Origin: the human T2T-CHM13v2.0 reference genome, Homo sapiens
DNA: 64,000 bases
Strand: one strand, 5' to 3'
Assembly: GCF_009914755.1 (NCBI RefSeq)
Contig: NC_060932.1
Shown here: piece by piece, positions 1-8,539 of the stretch
How the letters are laid out: each line of letters opens with the position of its first letter
Numbering within the stretch: position 1 is the stretch's first letter
Notes under the pieces: generated by a model
Seen by the model: the letters and a program-made list of their open reading frames with translations, nothing else
The model's database searches: none
What the model was told of the DNA's origin: nothing
Position numbers and translations under genes: made by a program

Positions 1-277
1 CCAGGCCTGCACCATGTCCCATCACTCAGCGGCCAGCCATGATGGGGCCCAGCCTCTCAGAGTGCTCTTCCGGAGACTGGAAAACGGACGCTGGAGCTCC
101 AGCCTCCTGGCGGCCCCCTCATTTCACTCTCCTGAGAAGCCGGGAGCCTTCCTCGCTCAGAGCCCTCATGTGTCAGAGAAGTCTGAGGCTCCCTGTGTTC
201 GTGTCCCACCGAGCGTCCTCTATGAGGACCTTCAGGTTTCCTCCTCCTCAGAGGACAGCGATTCTGACCTGGAGTGA
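1..277 (+). CDS. FAM90A: FAM90A family protein, 3' end of last coding exon (copy 0, truncated by window edge)
   Basis: Encodes ...MSHHSAASHDGAQPLRVLFRRLENGRW...VLYEDLQVSSSSEDSDSDLE*, the same as the C-terminus of the downstream copies. Confidence 0.95.
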   Translation, partial: QACTMSHHSAASHDGAQPLRVLFRRLENGRWSSSLLAAPSFHSPEKPGAFLAQSPHVSEKSEAPCVRVPPSVLYEDLQVSSSSEDSDSDLE

Positions 278-817
278 GACTGCAGGTGGCAGGGGCTCCT
301 TGGCCTCCAGCTCCCGTGACTTGGAGGGGACTGTGGGACTGAGGAGCGCAGAGCAGAGAGCACACTCTGTGCGGTGACTCCGAAGCTCCCAGGCTGTGGC
401 GCTTCTGTGGATGTGGGAGCCCAGGCCAGGCAGGGAGCAGATGCAGGGACTCTGCCTCATTGAATTCTGGTGAGGGACGTTGTAGTTGGCGTGGTTCTCC
501 GGAAACGCGCCAGGAAAAGCTTCCGTGCCAGAGATTCGTTGCCTCAGAAACTGCGTGACGCGCAGGAGTCAGACTTCCGCTGGGACGTCAATAGGAAACT
601 GGGGAATTACTGTGTATTTGCTGTCTAGATGACTGAATAAGGGAAAAGTTAGGGAACCCTGAGAGGTGCAGCCCTTCCGCTGTGCCCCGCCCTGAGAGCA
701 GTGTTTCGGACGCTGGGAAGCGTGCTGTGCGAAGCGCTCTCGGGGTCTTTCCTCAGCCTCGAAAACTGGGCTCTGGAATGCCTTTGTACATATGTGTGTT
801 TAATGGGTTTTGAAGTG

Positions 818-823
818 AATAAA
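818..823 (+). terminator. AATAAA poly(A) signal of FAM90A (also at 8466, 16109, 23757, 31405, 39053, 46701, 54349, 61997)
   Basis: AATAAA about 540 nt after the stop codon, with an upstream TGTA (786-789) and a downstream GT-rich tract (ccgtgtttgtgtgt, ~863-876), just before the LTR. Confidence 0.7.
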
Positions 824-891
824 ATTCTCAAAAAGATGACATATTGTCTTTTGACTCTCATTCCGTGTTTGTGTGTAACTGATTTTCCAAG

Positions 892-1925
892 TGAAGGGGT
901 GGCCTGCCCCTCCACACCTGTGGGTGATTCTAGTCGGGTGGGATGAGAGACGGAGAAAAGAAATAAGACACAGAGACAAAGTATAGGGAGACAACAGTGG
1001 GTCCAGGGGACCGGCACTCAGCACACCTAGGACCTGCACCGGCACCGGCCTCTGAGTTCCCTCAGTTTTTATTGATTATGATTTTCATTATTTCAGCACA
1101 AAGGAATGCAGTAGGGGAGCAGGGTGATAATAAGGGTAAGGTCAACAACAACAACAACAAAACAAACACGTGAGCAAAAGAATCCATATCATTATTAAGT
1201 TCAAGGGAAGGTACTATGCCTGGACGTGCACGTAGGCCAGATTTATGTTTCTCTCCACACAAATATCTCAGCGGAGTAAAGAATAACAAGGCAGCATTAC
1301 TGCCAACATGTCTCAGCTCCCGCCACAGGGCAGCTTTTCTCCGAGCTCAGAGTTGAACAAATGTACGATCGGGCTTTACACCGAGACATTGAGTTCCCAG
1401 GGGCAAGCAGGAGACAGTGGCCTTCCTCCATCTGAACTGCAAGAGGCTTTCCTCTTTGACTAATCCACCTCAGCACAGACCCATTGCGGGTGTCACGCTG
1501 GGGGACAGTCAGGTCTTTCCCATCCCACGAGGCCATATTTCAGACTGACACATGGGGAGAAACCTTGGACAATACCCTGCTTTCAAGGGCAGAGGTCCCT
1601 GTGGCTTTCCACGGTGCATTGCACCCGTGGTTTATTGAGACTGGAGAATGGCAATGACTTCTACCAAGTATACTGCTCGTAAACATTTGGTTAACAAGGC
1701 GCGTCCTGCACAGCCCTAGATCCCTTAAACCTCGATTTTATACAGCACAGGTTTTGGTGAGCTCCAAGTTGGGTCAAAGGAAGGGGCTGCGGCAAAGCTA
1801 CAAATGATCAACATCTCAGCAAAGCAATGGTTTAAACTACAGGTCTTTTTCAAAATGGAGTCTCTTGTGTCTTCCCCTTCTAGATAGACACAGTGGCAGT
1901 CTGATCTCTCTTTCTTTACCCTACA
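892..1925 (-). mobile_element. HERV-K(HML-2) solo LTR, LTR5A-like, 1,034 bp, TSD TCCAAG
   Basis: The - strand begins TGTAGGGTAAAGAAAGAGAGATCAGACTG...GAGACTCCATTTTGAAAAAGACCTG and ends ...CCCACAGGTGTGGAGGGGCAGGCCACCCCTTCA (TG...CA termini, LTR5-type ends). TCCAAG is at 886-891 and 1926-1931. The LTR5A subfamily call rests on the recalled consensus. Confidence 0.92.
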
Positions 1926-3485
1926 TCCAAGGGCTTGAACATATCTTGACTTGTTGGCAATCCAAATCGTTACGTCTCCGAAACAGAGTTGACTGAGGGG
2001 ACCGCAGGGCTGGGCAGGACCTTTGACTTCCTATACATCCACAGGAGCAAGAAAACCTCAGCCCCACTCTACCAACACGCACCTAGTAAAATTCCGCCAA
2101 CCGAATCTCACGCACGCTAACACGTGGGGAGCGTTGCTTGCACCACGAGTCTCCATTTGGCTCAACCGCCGATGCCAAGTGTGTGGTTCCAGTTGCGACG
2201 GCCCCCCGTGAAGTGGCTTCCGGATGTGCGAAGGAACCAGGCAGAGTTTCACTGGCCAAATAGACCCCAGCAAAGCTGAAGTTAACTCCCACATTTGGGA
2301 TGTACTTCAGAGGTAAAACATTCATCCCGTCTTCTTTCCGGATGTCTGACACCATGGTTCTCCCCCTGATCCTAAGAGTAGCTGAGGCAGAGACTCACTG
2401 AAAGATCTAGGCGGGGATATCCCATCATGCACAGGCTCTCTCCATTCTCTGACCTGGGAACAACTCTCAGCAGGATTCCACATCTAGGAGGCCTCAGAAC
2501 TCAGCGGGATTTTCTGAGACACACCAACTGGCTGCTCCCTTTCCGCCGCTGTTGAGGGTCGTTATCTTGATTATCCAGATCAACTAGAAAGTATCCGTAT
2601 CCAGAATGAATAAGATCAACTCTCTGCTCCTCTGACAGCAGAAGGAGCAGGACCATAAGGAACCAAAGAGCGTGGAAGGAAACGATGTGACAGGAAAGCT
2701 CAGAGAACGGCCACAGGGGGTCGTCAGCAGGCCTTCCAACCTGAATCATGAATAACTAATGAAGCGCAAATCAAAGGGGACTCGAGTTTCAGCAGGAGCA
2801 ATTCATCCAACGGGAGATCGCCGGAGGGCCAACAAGATTGAGAGACTGGGAGCCGGGTGCAGTGTCAAAGGGGACGCGACTGGTTCCAAAGCTCGAGAAG
2901 ACCATGGGGTCACTTGGGCTACATGAGAAAACGCCCCAGTGTGCTGGTTCATCATTCCGACTCCTGCCTGTCTCTTCCCGTCCAAGGAACATGGACCCTA
3001 AGTCGTGCAGGTGCGGATGACCATGGGCAGAACTAGGGGCCGTGGCACAAAAGTTCACCGACACGGGAGTTCCACAGAAGGTGCGGTGGATCTTCGCAAA
3101 TCCAGAGACATGGCAATGGGACCCAGGGAATTACAGCCTCACAGGCGTCCGGGAGACTTTTCAGGCATAATGCCTGGAGTCGCAAGACGAGCTGAAAAAG
3201 GAGCCAGGCACTGAAGGACAAAGCGTTGTTGACTTTCCTCATCTGTGTTTCCCAGTGCGGTCCAATTCACGGTGGTTTCCAAGCGCCTCCTGGGGGAGAA
3301 AACACATGAGGGTGCGGTCAGGGTTCTCTGCTGACAGACTTACCTTGGGGAAGAAAGAGAAGCTCTGAAGATGGATCATGGCCGTGACTGCATGTCAAGG
3401 AGAGTCTCCTTGATGACACTGAGGCCTACGTCGAGATAGACAAAATGTGGTCCAATTAAAAGGTGTCTATTTTACCACATTTTTT

Positions 3486-3514
3486 AAAACAAAACAAAAC
3501 AAAACAACAAAAAA
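3486..3514 (+). repeat. (AAAAC)n / A-rich microsatellite, one per unit
   Basis: aaaacaaaacaaaacaaaacaacaaaaaa; one repeat shorter in the second unit (~11134). Confidence 0.8.
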
Positions 3515-3673
3515 GATGGAAAAGAAGACAGGGGTACAGGCACCAGTGTTACATGTCTGACGGGGAACATCTATTGTTCAAAGCTTGCAGCTGTACAAGT
3601 AGGTTTTAGAATGTCTGTCAGCAGTGGACATGATCTTAGAGTGGGCTGTGCAGATAGACCTTTCCAGGTCATG

Positions 3674-3762
3674 TAATTGGATTAAGTTAATTGCAATTAA
3701 GGTACAGGTAACTGATTAGGTTAGGGTACGTTCCATGTCAGGTGACCAGAGGCAGTATAAAA
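3674..3762 (+). promoter_or_regulatory. Putative FAM90A promoter, copy 1: TAAT-N3-ATTA, TTAATTGCAATTAA palindrome, DUX4-type motif, TATAAAA
   Basis: TAATTGGATTA 3674-3684; TTAATTGCAATTAA 3687-3700; TGATTAGGTTA (reverse complement TAACCTAATCA) 3713-3723; TATAAAA 3756-3762, followed by a pyrimidine-rich stretch about 25-30 nt downstream. Confidence 0.7.
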
Positions 3763-4914
3763 GGCAGCCTGGAAAGCAGAGGTCCCTCTCTGCCCCTTCC
3801 TCCGTCGTCCTGGATGCTGCATCGCTTCCAGCCGGGCTGCTGCAGCACCTGCCCATCTCAGCGCCAGCCTGGGAAAGAAAGTAGACGTGTAATTTCAGGT
3901 TAGTTTCGCTGAACAATTGATTGTTTCACGCAATCCCTGAGGGGGTTTTGCGGGGGGTGTGGGGGAGAAAGAGACAAAGGAGGCCGAAAGAAACCGATCA
4001 CACTGGGGCTTGCTGGTGGGGTAGGATGTGTTCTCGTTACTAGTAATTCTTGGAACAGAAAACGAGAAAACATATCCGTCTCCACGTGTGGGAGAAGACC
4101 AAGATGGGAATGGGAAAAGAAATGTACTGCAGCATGCTGAATTGGTGGGTAAATGGAAAAAGGACTTTGGAAAAAAGGGGGGTTTGCCCTTCAGCCGTGT
4201 AAGACGTCGATACGATACGGCACTTCTTCCCCGTTTGTTCAGATGAATTCGTGTGGTGTGCGTAAAATACCAGGAAAATAAATAAAGAGGGGCTGGAGCT
4301 AAAGCCAAAAGATAGAACAGGAAAGATCATCACCTGCTAGTGCGGTAGAGAGGAAGGTAACTTCTCTGTATGAATTTGTGTTTGGAAGTTACCTAATGAA
4401 ATGGCAAGAGTAGCGATTCAAGTTGTCACAGGAAGCATCCCTTATCCGTGACGTCAAGCAGACCTGCCAAAGGGTGGCACACGCCATGCCCTGTGTCTTC
4501 GATCATTCTGTCCGTCAAGGGAGATAGAATCACCGTGTCTTCTACCGGAGTGAATCGTGAGAGACCTAAGTCCAGTCTCCAGAATCAGTTGTTTGTTTGG
4601 GGTTGAAATCTCAACCCCCCATACCTAGGCCACGGGCCCTGTGGCAGGTGGGATTTACTCTTGGACTAGGTAGTCATGGCAGAGGAACACACAATATCCG
4701 AGGATGCGCACAGCACATTGTGTTCTACAGATTTGACCGACTGGTGGTGAGGTCTCCTCATGACCACACAGGCAGGGAGTTAGCAGGTGGCTTCCTGTGG
4801 GTGTGTGAATATCCAACGTGCTTAACCATCGACATGTGTGTGTTTGTGTGTGTTTCAGGTGGCTCAAGAGTCCACCCCTGAAAAAGGCGGTCATAAAACC
4901 CCCAGGAGACGAAG

Positions 4915-7900
4915 ATGATGGCACGTCGGGACCCCAAATCTTGGGCCAAGAGACTGGTGAGAGCCCAGACCCTCCAGAAGCAGCGGAGGGCCCCAGTTGG
5001 GCCAAGGGCTCCCCCGCCCGATGAAGAAGATCCCAGGGTAAGTCTAGCCCTGGATCTCTTGGGTATCGGGGTGGGGGTGGGGACGGGGGGAGGGGGTGTC
5101 CCACGGTCCTCAGAGACTGGGTTGGATTCCAAAGAGTTCTGTCACCACCAGCCAGGTTGCTTTTCCCATCCAAGGTGGGCGTGGCTTGGGACCTTCTCCC
5201 CGGCCCGATAGGTCCCTTGAGAGACTCTTGGGGGCAACCTCCCTTTCTACTTCGAGTCCTGTATAGCCACGTTTGGCTGCGTTGTTGACATCGGCTTCAC
5301 CATCGTGCCCCTTGGAACCTTGAGTCCTTCCTTTCAGAGTTCCTCCGTCCCGTGGGCTTTGCGAGGGAACATCGTATCCGAACTCTCCCGGCACTTAACG
5401 GCCCCCATGCCGGTGTCCCCTCTTTGGAATCCTTATTCAGCTCTGAATTCACAATCCGTCCCAATGTTGACGTGGGATCGCTGCCTGTGGCTTCAGCTCA
5501 CTCACTGACATCACTTCCTTTCCACCCACAGCTCAAGTGCAAAAACTGCGGGGCCTTTGGCCACACGGCCAGAAGTACCAGGTGCCCCATGAAGTGCTGG
5601 AAGGCAGCCCTGGTTCCAGCGACCTTGGGGAAAAAGGAAGGGAAGGAAAACCTGAAACCATGGAAGCCCCGGGGTGAAGCCAACCCGGGGCCCTTGAACA
5701 AGGATAAGGGAGAGAAGGAAGAGAGACCAAGGTGAGCAGTGGGAGGGGTTTTCACCACTCTTAGGGTACTGCCTCCTAAGGACATGGTGTCTCTGCACCT
5801 GCACACCGTGTGCCTTTCCGTCTCCGGGCCAGGGAAGGAACGCTGCAGAGAAATAGGCTGGAGCTCCGTGTCCTCCGGGGTTCCACACCCAGGAGCTCCT
5901 TGGGCTCTGGGAGATTCAGGGACGGGGAGAGGCGGGGGCGCTTCGTGCAGGTTCCCCACGACAGCGGGAAAAGCGATGGAATCCAAATCACAGTCCTTAG
6001 TTGGGAAGCCTAGAGGGCCACCTGGAGGATGGGAAGGTTGGCACGTGAGGGAAGGTGCAGAGGCGGAAAGGGCACCAGATGTCCATTTCTGTATCACAAA
6101 ACACGGAATGGGGCTGGGCCCCAGACGGGGTTCTCCCTGTCTCCTGGGGAAAACCAGGGGGCACGGCCTGACCTTCTTCTGTTCTGCAGGCAACAAGACC
6201 CGCAGAGGAAGGCTCTCCTCCACATGTTTTCCGGGAAACCTCCAGAGAAGCCGCTGCCGAATGGAAAAGGATCCACGGAATCTTCTGATTATCTGAGGGC
6301 GAGTGTCACCCCGGGCCCCTGGTCTTTTTCTCCTCTAGGTCACCCTGGTTGATTTCCTTTCAGCTTCCCGTCTGCGGGAGGAAATCGGGGAACCCCTCTT
6401 TCTTGCCTTCTTGGGGTCAGGGACTCCACGATCCTTCCAGGTCAATTGGATTCCAGGTGAAGGCATCTGAACATGCCGTATTTCCTGTTGCTTTCTTTCT
6501 GTCCAATTATGGCAAGCCTGCCAACAACACGTTCCTAGCGGCATGAGGAAATTAGTCCCTCAGAGGCCCCAAACGTGGAGAAGGCGAAACCCAGAAACAT
6601 GCATGTGTTCAGAGAAGACGTCCCGAGTACCCTTGAGCCAGCAACCTGCCTTAGGAAGGGCATTAGTCCGTTCCACTTCATGGAAGGCTGAGTGGAGGCG
6701 CTTTGATCCAGTTAATGCCCAAGACGCGATCTTTTGAACAATGGTGTGCTTAGATCAGCTACACATAGCTCGAGAGCGCATCTTTCATGTGTCTTGTCCT
6801 GATCAGCACTCAGGTGGAGGGTCTGTCCCTACTTCCAAGGACCGCCTGTCGATACTGTACTAAGAATTTCATGGCGTGTGCACCTTGTCTTTGGATGTGC
6901 TTGATTTTCACGTTGGCTCCATGCTGAGGAACTTCTAACCTGTGTTGTTTCCTCTCTTTCAGGTTGCAAGCGGGCCAATGCCGGTCCACACAACCAGTAA
7001 GAGGCCGCGCTTGGACCCTATCCTCGCTGATCGCTCAGCTACCGCAATGTCTGGCAGGGGCTCCGTCTTGGCTTCACTGTCTCCCCTCAGAAAAGCCAGC
7101 CTGAGCTCCTCCTCAAGTCTTGGACCAAAGGAAAGACAGACAGGGGCTGCGGCCGACATGCCTCAGCCTGCAGTCAGGCACCAGGGCCGCGAGCCTCTCC
7201 TCGTGGTGAAGCCGACACACAGCCGCCCCGAGGGTGGCTGCCGAGAAGTTCCCCAGGCTGCCTCCAAAACCCACGGACTGCCCCAGGCCGCCAGACCCCA
7301 GGCACAAGACAAACGTCCTGCGGTGACCTCACTGCCCTGCCCGCCAGCCGCCACACACAGCTTGGGCCTAGGCTCCAATCTCAGCTTCGGGCCAGGAGCC
7401 AAGAGACCTGCCCAGGCTCCGATTCAGGCTTGCCTGAACTTCCCCAAGAAACCGAGACTGGGTCCCTTCCAGATCCCCGAAAGCGCCATCCAGGGAGGTG
7501 AGCTGGGGGCCCCGGAGAATCTCCAACCTCCGCCAGCCGCAACCGAACTTGGACCAAGTACGTCGCCCCAGATGGGCAGGAGGACACCGGCCCAGGTGCC
7601 CAGCGTCGACCGGCAGCCTCCGCACAGCACACCTTGCCTGCCTACTGCCCAGGCCTGCACCATGTCCCATCACTCAGCGGCCAGCCATGATGGGGCCCAG
7701 CCTCTCAGAGTGCTCTTCCGGAGACTGGAAAACGGACGCTGGAGCTCCAGCCTCCTGGCGGCCCCCTCATTTCACTCTCCTGAGAAGCCGGGAGCCTTCC
7801 TCGCTCAGAGTCCTCATGTGTCAGAGAAGTCTGAGGCTCCCTGTGTTCGTGTCCCACCGAGCGTCCTCTATGAGGACCTTCAGGTTTCCTCCTCCTCAGA

Positions 7901-7925
7901 GGACAGCGATTCTGACCTGGAGTGA
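4915..7925 (+). CDS. FAM90A: FAM90A family protein, copy 1, 464 aa; exons 4915-5037, 5532-5731, 6190-6298, 6963-7925
   Basis: MMARRDPKSWAKRLVRAQ...DPR | LKCKNCGAFGHTARSTRCP...ERPR | QQDPQRK...DYLR | VASGPMPVH...DSDLE*. Donors are GTAAGT, GTGAGC and GCGAGT; acceptors are pyrimidine tracts ending CAG. The 1,395 nt stay in frame and match the recalled FAM90A sequence and CCHC knuckle. Confidence 0.95.
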
Positions 7926-8539
7926 GACTGCAGGTGGCAGGGGCTCCTTGGCCTCCAGCTCCCGTGACTTGGAGGGGACTGTGGGACTGAGGAGCGCAGA
8001 GCAGAGAGCACACTCTGTGCGGTGACTCCGAAGCTCCCCGGCTGTGGCGCTTCTGTGGATGTGGGAGCCCAGGCCAGGCAGGGAGCAGATGCAGGGACTC
8101 TGCCTCATTGAATTCTGGTGAGGGACGTTGTAGTTGGCGTGGTTCTCCGGAAACGCGCCAGGAAAAGCTTCCGTGCCAGAGATTCGTTGCCTCAGAAACT
8201 GCGTGACGCGCAGGAGTCAGACTTCCGCTGGGACGTCAATAGGAAACTGGGGAATTACTGTGTATTTGCTGTCTAGATGACTGAATAAGGGAAAAGTTAG
8301 GGAACCCTGAGAGGTGCAGCCCTTCCGCTGTGCCCCGCCCTGAGAGCAGTGTTTCGGACGCTGGGAAGCGTGCTGTGCGAAGCGCTCTCGGGGTCTTTCC
8401 TCAGCCTCGAAAACTGGGCTCTGGAATGCCTTTGTACATATGTGTGTTTAATGGGTTTTGAAGTGAATAAAATTCTCAAAAAGATGACATATTGTCTTTT
8501 GACTCTCATTCCGTGTTTGTGTGTAACTGATATTCCAAG

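Noticed and set aside
1165-1235. CACGTG E-box and ACGTGCACGT palindrome in the LTR, and similar E-boxes elsewhere
   Set aside because: Short motifs expected by chance or inherited from the LTR; no independent support.
892-1925. ORFs inside the LTR, or an intact provirus
   Set aside because: The same TSD flanks both ends, and no primer-binding site or gag/pol/env follows, so these are solo LTRs. Successive LTRs are array copies, not proviral pairs.
3290-3343. 54-nt - strand intron between the 3343 donor and the acceptor-like site at 3290
   Set aside because: Shorter than the usual minimum human intron.
5538-5585. Retroviral Gag nucleocapsid origin of the CCHC motif
   Set aside because: Spacing is X2-X4-X6 rather than X2-X4-X4, it lies in a spliced cellular exon, and there is no Gag context.
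5498-6223. 241-aa - strand ORF and other overlapping ORFs (185, 175, 172 aa)
   Set aside because: They lie antisense or out of frame across GC-rich FAM90A exons and introns, often with non-ATG starts and no recognisable domain. Recurrence only reflects the tandem duplication.
6942-6962. N-terminus MLFPLFQ of the 327-aa ORF as a real start
   Set aside because: It begins at GTG inside the polypyrimidine tract; the exon starts at 6963 after TTTCAG.
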